A stretch of 64,000 bases of DNA, taken from Hyphochytrium catenoides. Its lineage: Eukaryota; Protista; Hyphochytriomycota. The translations under genes were made by a program, and so were the position numbers. Positions 52,012 through 64,000 of this stretch are shown in pieces; position 1 is the stretch's first letter; each line of letters opens with the position of its first letter. The DNA is taken from assembly GCA_900088475.1 (NCBI GenBank), contig FLMG01000355.1, positions 62,001 through 126,000 on the forward strand, read 5' to 3'. The notes under the pieces are model-generated. The model did no database searches, had not been told where the DNA came from, and saw nothing but the letters and a program-made list of their open reading frames with translations.

Positions 52012-52114
52012 CAGCCGTTCTGGTGGTGACATGCCAGGAATGAAGCTATCCCATCGAGAGCCGATCCCTTATGCTTCTGAGTCTGCACCATAGTCTCCTC
52101 GGATCAGGCTCCGA

Positions 52115-52895
52115 TTATACTCTTGAATGCTTATAGACGGCAACCCAGCTATCTTTTGTATAATACTTGGGCTCACCTAGTTGTCTGACGGCCCTGATAT
52201 TTATCATAAAGTAACATGCAGCCGCTGCCAAGGAAATGTGTTACAGCGATGCAAGCTTTTGACTATGCGCGAAGGAGTGCAACTCACCTAGTTTGTGGCA
52301 TATTGAGAAGAAGGTGTAGCTTGGATTTGACCATAGGAGATGTGAGGTGGATGATTCCTCTCCCTCGAGAACCAGCTAAACAAAGGCAGAAGGTTAGGCG
52401 TGAGACAGTCCTTCAACTCTTCCAGGCCGTCATAACGTACCGTTCTAGCGCATCCTAGCGCAAAGGTGTAGACCAGGTACATGGGATTGACTATAAATAT
52501 ATGTTTGAAGTTTGAGAAAAGTATGCTGAGTAGGCCATTAGAGAACAAATAGGTAGCGCCCATCATAGTAAACAGAGTAAGCATCTCAGCAAATTGCAGC
52601 GCAAGCTGTGACCTGCATGGACCGGGGTCAGTTGGGCTAGCTGGTAGCACAATGATTGGGGAATGGAAACCTACATTATCACGGAAGTCGTTGACATGCT
52701 GAACCCTAAGGCACCGTATAAAGTTGAAAAGTCATTGAATTCGGCCATGGAGTTGATGATGCAGTCTATGATCAGAAGAAGATAGACACAGGAGGCTTTG
52801 ATGATAAACCAAAGGCGGAGCCCATCATGAGTTTCTTGAGCGCCATATGCTTGTTCACCATAGACGGCTCCAGTTTCGTTAGGCCGGCGCGGCAT
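52115..52895 (-). CDS. TMEM138: TMEM138-like ciliary membrane protein; multi-exon
   Basis: LLLIIDCIINS, TYLFSNGLLSILFSNF (compare TFVFQAGLVNLLFHKF), and C-terminal AVRQLGEPKYYTKDSW (compare AVRLGDPHFYQDSLW). Confidence 0.8.
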
Positions 52896-53483
52896 CCTTA
52901 GAGGTTGTTCCGTTTAGTCCATGTCTCTATATTCACTCTTGCTTGATTTATAACTGACAATGAAGGCGAAGAGCTGAGGCAGGGGGCATCTGAAGCTTGC
53001 TCTGCTGCGCCATCCGCTATAACTCTGCTGTTGGAGCTGCAGTTGAACGAGTTGAAGCTTGTTGATGCTTTTTGTAACGCCACCAAGAGTCGCTAACCGC
53101 TCCCTACTCATCTTATTCTATATCCGGATGAGTGAAATGACGGTCATTCACAATAAACTACGCTCTATTCTATACAGCAAAATAGCGGCACAGGCATAAT
53201 CATCTCGCATCATCATTCTGACGGGAGCTCTGCAATCACGAGGAGCTAAACCCCACGGACTAATATCAAGGGCAGCATCACCAGTCACCAGACATGCTCA
53301 AGCGGTAACTATCAATAAGGCAGGCAGAGCACATGCAGAAAAATGACAACCAACGAGGCAGCAATCCACGTGACCTAATAGGTTACGCCGCCGGGGACTG
53401 AGTGGCTGCTGGAACATTATGTTTGCCATGGTGGGCAGAAAGAGCTGCTTCCTTGCGCCTATCTACGGTTAGGGGTCGACGTG

Positions 53484-55236
53484 ATGAATGAGAAGGCTAA
53501 GGGGGTCCCAAGGACCCCTTCTTCTGCAATCTCAGCATTTGCTAGCCACCAGGACGCTCCAGGAGAAAATCAGAGCCCCGGGGGAAATGCTGCCAACTTG
53601 TCACCTAGTAAGGCGGTTCAAGTCTTCAACTCACACGCGGGCGAAGTCATTCCAGATATGGTACAAGGAATGCGGGCTCTTCTCGAGATGCACAACAGCC
53701 ATGAACTGATGGGATTATGCAATGCTTTGTGCTTGCAAGCCACCGATGCTCTGCAGACAAAGGCTTCGAGGATCCAGCAGATCTTCCAGAATCACCTCAT
53801 AGATGAGAAGGTACGCGGCCTTCTTCTATCCATATATTTAATTGACATTCTCTGACACCTTCGCGGTACATTCACTGTCGTCGCAGGGGTACATTAAGGT
53901 GCTCTCCTTTATTTGGGAGGGAACAATTGTCGAGTACCTGCGATCTGAAGGAATTCAACTGAAGCTGAGTGTCGACCCGCGACTAGCTGTACTTAACCAT
54001 TGGCGCAAAGGACGGCAAAGAGGAAGCAGCCACTTCATTCCAATCTATGTCCCCAGGACTTTCCTTCCCGCCCCTACGCCAACACCAAGAGACGAGCGTA
54101 TTATAAGGTAAGTTAAAAGCGTAAAGAATGGAGAAGTATTGACAATCCTGATAGAAGTCTGGGCCAGCTTTCTCAAGGAGATCGAGGACCAAGAGAGGAA
54201 TCTGAAGTCAATAGAGACGGCCATTCGAAAAGAAAGAGACTTCAGGAATGTGCTTGCCTTCATGGCCACCATCTACGAGCTTCGTAAGGCAGAGAAAGAG
54301 GGCCGAGATTACCTCTTAGAGCAGCTTCGAACTGCACAGTCCGAGTAAGATCTGTATGCCCTACGTTTCGCCTTCATTCCTCTAATAGTAGCTTTCTACA
54401 GGCTTATGCACATGGAGAATACTCTAACAATGACGAGCTGCCAGCTGCTCGAGTTAGATGCAAGACATGAAGCCCTTTTGAAGGCGACATTAGAGAAAGA
54501 GTCTGCCTTAGAAACTGTGGATAGCTTTTACCTAGAAATGGCAGCAAATGAGGCAGCCATGCGAAGTCATTTTGAAGATCTCTACTGGGATACACGGTTT
54601 GGGTCATCCAACAGGATTAATGACCTGACCACTCGCCTAGCGGCAACCAAGAAGGAGCTGATACTAACGAGAGCAGAACTAGAGAGGGCCGAACATACCG
54701 CCAATATGGCAGAGAAGAAGACAAAGGCTGCGAGGGACGACATGTTAAGCTTGGCGCGGGTTAACGACTATCTCCTTGCCCAGCTGGCGAAGGCAGAGGT
54801 CCAAGGGGAGACGCACATGGCTCTCGCCCTGGCAGTGGGTGACAGGTATGATGAAAGTGATTGCAGATTACCTTCTAGAGCATAGAACAGATCTGATCAA
54901 TCCTGTGTTGCCAGCAACACGATTAACAACGAGGAAGCTGTGGAGATCTTCGAGTGGCTAAAGCAACTTCCTCAAGTGACCAGAGAACACCACAGAAAAA
55001 TTGATAGGCTCATGTACCTCACACGGTTATTACCGTCACACGCGTATTGCGCCATTCTCGAGAACGGCATGATGGCCAAGAATGACGTGAATGTAGCTCT
55101 TCCCACTAATGGCACGAGATCCCCCAAACGTGGGAAGGCGGGAGCTGCTCAGAGTCCCCAACGTGGAGGGAAAGCCGCTGTGACGGCTTCCTTAGTGAAA
55201 GGGTCGTCCACAAAAGGCAACAAGGCCACAAAATAG
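53484..55236 (+). CDS. Hypothetical coiled-coil protein; multi-exon
   Basis: Five protein-like ORFs can be joined by GT-AG introns. Heptad-rich segments (EIEDQERNLKSIETAIRKE; LTTRLAATKKELILTRAELERAE) and a basic low-complexity tail. Confidence 0.72.
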
Positions 55237-55744
55237 CTAACCTTACTTACTCTCAAGTCTGCTAACCCTGTGCATTATTTATGGCTATGGCTTTCTCTGC
55301 CTGCCTATGAAACCCTCAAGCTTACACGCTAAGGTGGTTCTTTCGGACAATCTAAAGACAAGATTTTTAGCCGTTGTTTTCGAGTGATACGGTGAGCAAA
55401 TGCCCGGTGCCACCCCTCATGGTGTGAATTCGAGATGGTGCGCGACTGAGTCCGCGCCATTGCAAAGTGCTTATCTCCCTTACTTCAGGCGGATGTATTA
55501 TAAGGGACGTAAACAGTATGGATGTAGCGAGATATCTCAGTTACGGATCATAGTGAGCACTCTCATAGTCAAGGAGACCACTTAGGTTACACTTTTGGGG
55601 TTGAGTGTCCGGTTGGCCTTGTAGCCCTAGAGAAGTTGGAATCAATAGCAATTATGGCAATAGATAAGGTCGCAGAAAGGTTGATGGTGGCCATCATCTG
55701 GGACTAGCTTCTGAAAGTCTAATGAGACTTGTGGGTCTGGGTCG

Positions 55745-56410
55745 TTACTCATCGTAAGAAGGGACCTGAGTGTAACTGAACCCCTTCCAGCCCTTCCAGG
55801 CCCCATAGAGGATATAGGTCGCATAGAAGCCTGGCAAAAATGCTGCAGTCAAGAAGGAAAAGTCAGTCTCTAGTTGGCAAGGCACTCGCTGAGCTTCTAC
55901 AATTGCTTTCACCTATGCTTCCCAAGATTATAAGCGACAGTCCTCGGTCAAAATCCTTGCGAAATACTTGCAGACCCACCAGCAGGAGAATCTGTTAAGG
56001 GAAGTTTCGGATGAGAGGAAGAGCAAGCCTTTCTCTCTATTCGTTGACTTACTGTGCCACATCCAAAGAGGAGAACAGCGGCAATAGCGGTCCTAATCGG
56101 GAATACAGGTTCCCGATAACCTCTTATTGGGTGCTTCGCCTATGTCGAAGGATAAGAGTTACTTCCTGGCAGTCGTCAAACGAACCAAACGATCGCTCAC
56201 TACCTTGACTTCACCGCGAATATCGGTAAAATCTTCTTCGGCGGCCTGACAGTCCAAAGTTGAAAGCAAGCGTTAGCTTTGGAGCGCGAGGCTATACCTA
56301 CAGAAGCATCAAGAGACCTTCCGTCTGTACATAGTCTCCGAGACTTGCTTGTAGCAATGAACCGAAGGTCAGCCCACCGGTCCTTATCCGAAAGAGTCTG
56401 ATGTGCTGTA
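55745..56410 (-). CDS. TMEM230: TMEM230/TMEM134 (DUF872) family 2-TM protein; multi-exon; start uncertain; not in the ORF track
   Basis: Spliced translation ...PIRTAIAAVLLFGCGT|ILLLVGLQVFRKDFDRGLSLIILGSI|AFLPGFYATYILYGAWKGWKGFSYTQVPSYDE* matches the family tail FLPGFY....Y.A.KG..G.SY..IP. Confidence 0.82.
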
Positions 56411-57011
56411 GACACAGCTACACGGTCAGTCCAAGCGACGAGATTGGCAACGAGCAGCAGAGCTGTACCAGCAACGAGCAGCAGATGACGTCCTCACTGA
56501 CAAGATCCGCGCGGCACTGATGATGATCCCCCCGAGCTTCAGAGCGTCTGCGAATCTTCATCCGCTGTGTCTGTTCATCACCTCTCAGAATAGAGACTAC
56601 AGAGAACTGTTACTTTACAAGTTAAAATCGTGATATTACGGTCTGGGCGTTGTTGTGGTGATGTGAGGAGGAAGCTGCGATCTCTGCAGTGCAGAGTTTC
56701 CGGACAAAGAAAGAGGCAAGAAATCGCGCCGCCAATCTCTGTGAGGAAGCGACTGAATCTTAGCCAGAACTGACAACAAGTCTGTGAAGGTCACTCTGAG
56801 AGTAAGGCGCTGTCGAGAGCGTGGTGCATCAAGATCCAGAAGTGCTTACTAGCCGCAGTCCCAGTCACCGTCTTTGCTCATTGCGAACGCCGGACTATCC
56901 TCTCGAGGAGTCAACCGCACAAATTGGTGCTTGTCGTCTCCGCGGCTGCTGGCTTAAGGCGCTATTTTATCTCATTCCATCTCTAGAGGTCGTAGCTACT
57001 TAGATTGAACT

Positions 57012-58146
57012 ATGATTCGACTAAAGGCTAAACAGCAGCAGAAAGCCCAAGAAGAAGCGGCTGCTCAGGCAGCTGAAGCAGCCAGATCCGAGAGCACATC
57101 TACAGACTCCACAGCAGTTAGTGGAGGTAACGCTGGAGGAGCGGATGGGAATAGTGAAGAGAAGTCAGACGATGGGAAGGTGAAGATCTTCGGCTTGGGT
57201 CGAGGGAAAAGGGTAAGACAGAAACAAAGCAGAGCCGATGACCAAGTACCGCTCACGTTTCAGTAACCCCTCTATTGCATTCGTTGCTGATGTCACACAC
57301 CTGGTAGGCACCTGCCAAGAAGAACGGCAAGAAGAGGACGCCAGGCGAAATTAGGATCCAGAAAGGTAAGCATGGGCCCAATTTTGCAGGCACTTGTCGT
57401 CTAGTTGCACTGACGATGGCCCTTGCTTCGCGTCTGCAGACGTAGCAGAATTAGATGGGGGCAACGTGGCAAAGATTTCATTTCCAAACCCAAATGATCT
57501 GACTAACTTTGTGGTTCGGGTAAGCTCATCAGCATAAACTACCCTACAAAGAAAACACAACGATATTAAAGAAGTGCATCCGTAGATCAAGGCTGACACA
57601 GGCTACTGGAAAGGAGCAGAGTATGTCTTTAGGTTCACAATTCCACCGGTATGCTCGGCAAAATGCTTCGTTCTTCCTTCAATAGCTAGTGTTGACTCTT
57701 CTTGCACACCGCTGGGTCACAGCTATATCCACACGAACCCCCCAAAGTCAAGTGTGAGACCAAGGTACGTTTAGGGATGGTGGATTACGCTAATGTTGGG
57801 TTGTGTCGTGCGCTCCTACTGACATCGCATCTGCAGATTTACCATCCAAACATTGACTTTGATGGCAACGTGTGCTTGAATATCCTGCGTGAGGACTGGA
57901 AGCCAGTGCTTGACATTAATGCGGTCATTTATGGACTAATATACCTGTTCTACGAGCCCAATCCGGATGACCCGTTAAATAAAGGTTGGTCGGCTCTACC
58001 TGGGGGTTGTCATTGAGCGGCTAATTCTTTGTCCTGCAGAGGCCGCCGATCTGTACAGATCTGATCAGAAACAGTTTGAGAGAGTGGTTGCGCGTAGCCT
58101 TCGGGGCGGCATCATCAACGGCATCGTCTTTGAACATCTTTTATAG
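57012..58146 (+). CDS. UBC12: NEDD8-conjugating enzyme Ubc12 (UBE2M); multi-exon
   Basis: N-terminal MIRL, EIRIQK|[50 protein letters not shown]. Confidence 0.95.
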
Positions 58147-58205
58147 GTCTGGGATGCTGTCACTCGGCGGCAAGCACAGAAGTGGCTCAAGCCAAAGGGG
58201 CAATT

Positions 58206-59616
58206 CTAACGCTCGATCTCGTAATACGGAAAGTACATGCCCCATGTATCATCGTAGGTGCAAGGAGGGCTGACCACGCGAAACTTCTTCTTCTTCTGGA
58301 TTATATACTCTGATCGGGTGCGTTGGACCCACCATAGCTGAAACACTGTGGCGTTAACCTATGCATGACAGTAGAGAAGTCACACGGATATCGGCCTACC
58401 TCATAAGCTCCTTTACAAAGTACCCGACTGCTGTTGCCCTTCACTGTTGAGCTGATTATTGTGGTCCGATAGCCAGAAGTTTGGTTTACGAGCTTGGTGT
58501 CTGTGAGCACTTCCCAACGACCTATATACCTGGTGTCCGCTGCAGGGAAAAGAGCAAAAAGGATTTAAGGTTAAGGTTCTGGTTGCGGACTGAAAGCCGA
58601 TACCAACCCTGATTACCTGGTAGATGGACCTCAAGAAAGGTCCCGCAATGCGGATCATTGGCAAAATGTTTGCCGCAAGTGACAATATAGGCATTCGATG
58701 TGTAGCCGACACCAAAGCATAATGGCTTGACCACCCCATAAGGGTCCGTGCAGTTTTCATCTGCCACTACCGTCGCATTATTATCCCAACAAGCAGGAAA
58801 CTGACCTGCAACACCTTACTTTAAGGGACGGAAGGACATTGTCGAGTTGGCAGCGTCGTCGCTGACACGCACCTGGTTGCTCTTTGAAGCGGTTCGCTAC
58901 GCAATCTGGACGTGGATACTGGCTTCCATGACAAGTGATGTCAATGGCCATCTCATCGTTAGGTCGTCGACTAAGGCGGCCACGAGTCAGTTACTTTCAA
59001 GGTCTGGCCCTCTTAGAAGAGTATGGGTAGGCACCTGTTAGCTATTGAGACGGCCGACAGATCCTCCCGAACCAGCTTGCCATAGCGGAGAATCGTGTCG
59101 TCATCGGCAGAAGCCATTCCCAGCGATCCATCTGGTTCTGTGGTCTGTGGGCGATGGCACTGAGCTAAGATATCACAAGTTCCATGAATACTTCGAAGTT
59201 CGCTCTTACCACTTTCATCAGGTACTCGGAATAGCCAAAGCTGTCCATGCAGCAGTTGTATGCATTACCACGACAAGGGTCCAGGATAAGGTTAACGACG
59301 TACCCCTCCGGGGCTTCTTCCCTGGACAAGCGAGTCGAGGACAAGGCTAATCGGTCAACCTGATTGTAAAGGAAGTGCTGGAAGTGGCGCTGTGCAAGAG
59401 TTACCTATACAAGTCGGTTCGCACGTAGTCTGTTTTAACTCGTTGTAGTTCCAAGAGCTTGTCCTTCAGCATATCGGTTGCGGCTCCAGAGGCATTTCCT
59501 AGCTGTTCCCTAAATTGTGAAGTCCCTAGCATGTACTGGCCTCGACATATTTGGACAGCCACTATATGCAGCGTAAGGCAAGTCCCCGCAACGTTGAGCG
59601 CTTTCCTTGACCTCAT
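58206..59616 (-). CDS. Secreted cysteine-rich protein of unknown function (~330 aa, 7 exons)
   Basis: Signal-like N-terminus. Spliced exons give ILDPCRGNAYNCCMDSFGYSEY...PACWDNN...HCGTFLEVHLP...LCKGAYE|LWWVQRTR...VVSPPCTYDD...*, with canonical GT-AG junctions. Confidence 0.78.
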
Positions 59617-62600
59617 GATCGGAGGAGCTCTACAAGCTGCTCCAGATATTGTTCCTGAGTGCCGAGACGGCGGTTAAGGGGTAGGTAAGCCTTTGACAGC
59701 ACGTCCGGCGGAGCCTGGACTGATCGCCGCCTACTTTGAGGAGACGTATTATAAGGAGCGATGGTTGAAGAGATACAGACCGCCAGTGCTTGGGTTCCCC
59801 ATAGAAGTGCAAAGAAAAGTATGCCTACGCGGCCCCCTTCTTAGATGAGCATCGTCTGATCCTGCCGTAGCAGCGCGGACGATTGGATTGAGAGCAGTTC
59901 GAAGAGGATGGCACCAGGTACCCGGCGGCGACGAGAAAAAGAAAAGTCCCAAGCGCTCCTCCGCTAGCTTGGCGGCTAGCGACGTTTGCTTCTTCAACTC
60001 AAAGGCGCTAACGGGCTTCCGCTAACCGTTAGCACCCCTAATAAGATAGTGAATCCCAGTCTTGCCTACCAGGTGAAGGATCATGTAGATGATGGTACGA
60101 GTACTAGGATATAGACTAGATGACAGGACAGAAGCTGAAGCTGATGATGATGCATTCTCCTGCCGTGAGACTGACGAGTCTTTTATGCCGCGCCTCCTAC
60201 TCAGATTGAATAGTTGATAACTAGGGAAAACCCTGGGGAGGTGATGACCAGATGACCAGAGGCTGACAGCCCCTCAATCCACGTGACCCGGAGAATTCTG
60301 CTATTGCACTGGGCGCACTTAAAGAGTCCTTGCCCTCTTTACGCCACGGAAATGTGGGAGCAGAGTGGAATCCCCAAGCGAGGCTGGAGCTCAACGGAAC
60401 CATTTGGCTTGACAGCCTCAAGGACTGATCGCCAAGGACTTTGTATTCATTGTGAGTTAGTGCATCAGAGCGAGATAATCCCTTCCTCCCCTGCCTGATG
60501 GGCTTATGCATCACGCGTAGACGCTATTAAGAGTGCCACCTTCAAGAGTTTATGGCGAGATACTAGTACAATACGGCGCACCTTCAGCCATCGGTGACAA
60601 TGAGACGAGCCTGCAGCGGTAAAAGGCCGGCAGCTACTTTCACTCATTGACGTGCGGAAAGCCTCCTTAAACACACATCAAGCCTTATGTGCCTGTTAGA
60701 ATGGAGTCACACTTCCCAAGAGCTAAAAGTACAATGCTGTCTCTGTATCACTTTGTCTGTCGATGGTCTGATCAGGCTGTCTCTCTCTCTTGGAGGTCTC
60801 TGTGGCTCTCGATCGAGCAGTCATCTCACCGTTCTTATATCTCTCTCCTCCGTGTCGCGTAAACCTTTGTATGGACAAGTCTACTGCTCCGTCATTGTAT
60901 GCTTGTGAGAAAGAGGCTCAATGGAGGAGCTCAGTGAGCACTGGAAGATGACGAGTTATCATAGACAATATATATCTCCGGGGAATTGAAAAGAGATTGA
61001 AAGGGGTTATTATCATCGTCGATGGCTTCTACACCAACCATCCAGCTGGTCATACAGCTTCCTCTTAATGTGGATGACTATCATGCGGTGGAGGTCAATC
61101 TAAGTAATGGTTCAGGGATAATATGATCACCATAATGAGAGCGAGAAGAAGGTCCGAGGTCTAGAGTATCTATGTGCTTTGGCGCGAATGGATGACAGTG
61201 CCCCACAGTCGCTACGATCCACTCGCACTGGCAGCATTTCGAAGCTCGATCTATTCTTTATGAGAAGATTGCAACGGTGGTAGCGCCACGACACGGTATC
61301 GAACTAAGAAAGGCCTTTGTGCCTAAGTCGTAAGGAAAGAGTTTTCTTGGTACGTCGACTTTATTGCAATCAAAGAATCCAAGTAGTTGGCAGTGACAGG
61401 CGTCATAATCAGCTCCTGCTGAGAATCTACCCCTTTCCGACAGAAAAGCATCACAAATACTAGAGCCAGCGTGACTGACCACGACGCCTCTCTGCCACAG
61501 CGGACGTGGTTTCGCCGGAGATTGTTGGTCCAAGGACGCGATGGTTCTCTAGAGCACAAAGAAATTCACTTAGACGAAAAGAGCTAATATCGCTTTGTTA
61601 CCCCTTAGCTGGAGATGCTCTAGAGTTGCCCAGGGTCATAAGTGACAGGTTTTGATTCTAGGCGCAAGTGGTCTGGCAGACGCCAAGTCGGGCTTTGTGG
61701 CTAATACAATGAGCCTTACAAAAGCATGGACAAGTTGGCTGGTATTAGGAGTTTAGTCATTATGATGCCTCGATTGCAGCCTGAAGGAGTCCTTCTTACA
61801 ACGGACATGTCCCTCCACTAAAGGAGTAGAATAGGAGGGCTGGTCAAGGTTAAACAATGGACAACACTGCGCTGTACAGGCCGAGTCCATCATGCAGGTG
61901 AGATATTAGTGCTATTAACTCTACCTCAGCTATCTCCCACCATCAACAAGCCCTGGTAGCCCTAAGTTTGCTGAAGTAACCCTCCAGCAACAAGAAATCG
62001 TCTGCTCTCGAAAGGTGATATGATGCAAAGGCTGCCTGCAGAATCAAGCAAGTAGCCGTCCGATTGAAGCCCAAACGCTTGAAGACGCTGCAAAAGAGTC
62101 CCAGGTACAGATCAAAGGGTAGCCTGGTGTTCCTCCGTCACCTGGCAAGAGCGAGCTGTCCGACCTAGCGGCGATAGCTGTCAGGGTTGAAGCAAAGCAA
62201 CGGAAGCAAAGAAGCAAATGACTGGAAGTTTAAGAAATCCCGAGAGATCCGTTTCCCTCTGCCCTTTCCCGTTTCTCTTAATGCTATAACTGGCATTAGA
62301 GCAAAGACAGGGCGATGCATACCAAGCTCCAGAGGCCAAGAAATGTATTGAGCTTTGACCGAGCGGCGACCGATGAGCCGATGAGTAACCTGACGATGCG
62401 GAGGAGGCCGCCGCGACAGTAATACTCAGTGGGATAGAGATCAGGCAAGGAGCGGAAGGTGATGAGAGGTAAGAAAGTAAGAAAGCGTGCAACCGCCAGC
62501 CACGCGGTGGGACCTGTGACCTGTGGCGTCTTGAGCCCCTAGTTATACTTCTGCAGCTACCAAGAAATCCCTTTTGTGTCCTATCCTCATTCACACGGAC

Positions 62601-63388
62601 GCAAAGCCAAGGCGCGGTGACTGTGTAACGATTGTGCATCGGACTGGCAAGTGTTGGTCACGGAACCTTCTTGCGGCTAAGAATAGTGATGAGAAAGAAG
62701 CGAGAGGATAAGGACAACTTCCTCCTTCCGTCCAGAGTCCAGATGGTGTGAGCATCAATCACCCTGTCTGTTTATTAGCGGTAGAACAACTCGTACAATA
62801 ATATATACAGCTGGGCGCTCAGCACGCAGCAGGTGGATTGAGCCAGTGCAGAGGCGCGAGGCGCCCACAAATTCACGTAATTCAAAGCTCATCCTCTGTC
62901 TTGGACTATCAAAAAGGCTTATGGTCGGGTCACATGACTATGATTCTGCCTTGTAAGCAAGTATCAGTGTATAGCATCCGCGGGGCCAAGATGGATGGTC
63001 CTGTGATATTCGTATATTAAGGCTTTGAGGTGGAGAAAGTGTGAACCTCTTCCCTTCCCAGCTGGCGATGGTCTAGGACGGTGTGTGAAGCTGCTGAGTA
63101 AGGCTCCTTTAGGTCGAGGCCTCCATCATCAACAGTGGCACAATGCCTACTGCTGCTTGTCCTATTTACTCTGCCGTCTGGGTCTAGGCGAGGTAGATGA
63201 TAGCTGCAGGGAAACATCAAACACTTTGGACAGATCCCCAGCTGAAGGCCCTTCCCTATTACTATCAAGAGGGCGGTGTATTGCTGTAATACCCCAGATA
63301 TTACTATGTCAGCTGTAACGCCCTGTCTTGAGTTGGAAGGATCAACAACAGCCGAAGCCGGCGAAGTGGTCACTGTTCGTCCTCCTTC

Positions 63389-63392
<4 letters not shown>

Positions 63393-63427
<35 letters not shown>

Positions 63428-63472
63428 CTCTCGCTCTCTCGCTCTCTCTCTCTCTCGCTCTCTCGCTCTCTC
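63393..63472. repeat. (CT)n microsatellite with CG interruptions
   Basis: tctctctctc... followed by (ctctcg)-type units. Confidence 0.97.
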
Positions 63473-64000
63473 TTACTCCCTCTGTCTCCTCTTTCCTCCT
63501 TGCCACCCACCTAAATTCAAAGAGCAATGTGAAGCTAGGAAGATGAAGAGTGTTGGGCATGCGAGGGGCAGCATAGCACTGAGCACATCAAAGGAAAGCT
63601 CCATGTACTCTCTCACTCATTATTGGAGTTTCCACCTCTAGGATATACTGACTAAAGAACTATCGAACCCTCGACCAGAAGCCCACCGCTCTCAAGCACC
63701 TTCAAGATGATGTTCCGGGTTGCACTCCGACCTGTGTCAGCCAACCTTGGCAGCTTCAAGGCAGGAGCAAGAAGCTTCGCTACCATCCATGGACGGCAGG
63801 CTTCTCTTCTAAACCATAAGGCTCCATGGATCATTCAGGGGTCGTCTGAGATGTTCCAGGCTACTCTGTTGGGAAAGAGTCCTTTGAGGAGCGCCTCTGG
63901 AACTGTTCCTTTCCGATGCATCAGCACCGGCAGCAAGAAGTCAAGCACTGTCTCTGTCTCTGCAGACGCAGCAGCGAGCCACGACCATGAGCAAGATATG

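Noticed and set aside
63276-63641. ORFs with SL/ER dipeptide runs
   Set aside because: Translations of the (CT)n microsatellite.
63652-63990. In-frame TGA as selenocysteine or stop-codon readthrough
   Set aside because: No selenoprotein motif or recognisable SECIS, and other genes here use TGA as a normal stop.

Overview
Gene-dense eukaryotic genomic DNA with many short (~50-80 nt) GT-AG introns and CTAAC/CTGAC branch points. It is probably from a flagellated stramenopile near the oomycetes; this is inferred from a PH-domain MAPK and a TMEM138 homologue. Genes in order: 3' part of TIMELESS, a C-terminal-motor kinesin-14, an EDEM3-type GH47 mannosidase with an N-terminal OS-9-like MRH lectin domain, a ~16 kb polycystin-1/REJ-GAIN receptor gene, IMPDH, tRNA-Phe, class II fumarase, DNAJC9, a 2-TM orphan, PH-MAPK, a hypothetical membrane protein, SDHAF2, NDUFAF8, ALG14, TMEM138, a coiled-coil protein, TMEM230, UBC12 and a secreted Cys-rich protein. 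The last ~4 kb is gene-poor, with decayed coding-like sequence. The strongest novelty is the giant polycystin-1-like protein (~4,900-5,000 aa). It has unassigned ectodomain repeats and an intact GPS autoproteolysis site, but no PLAT domain and no channel module. A complete tetraspanin (CCG) unit plus an IQ motif sits inside its TM3-TM4 loop. Second is the MRH-GH47-PA fusion, which joins the ERAD glycan 'writer' and 'reader' in one polypeptide. All exon structures were read by eye and all family calls come from remembered motifs, not database searches.
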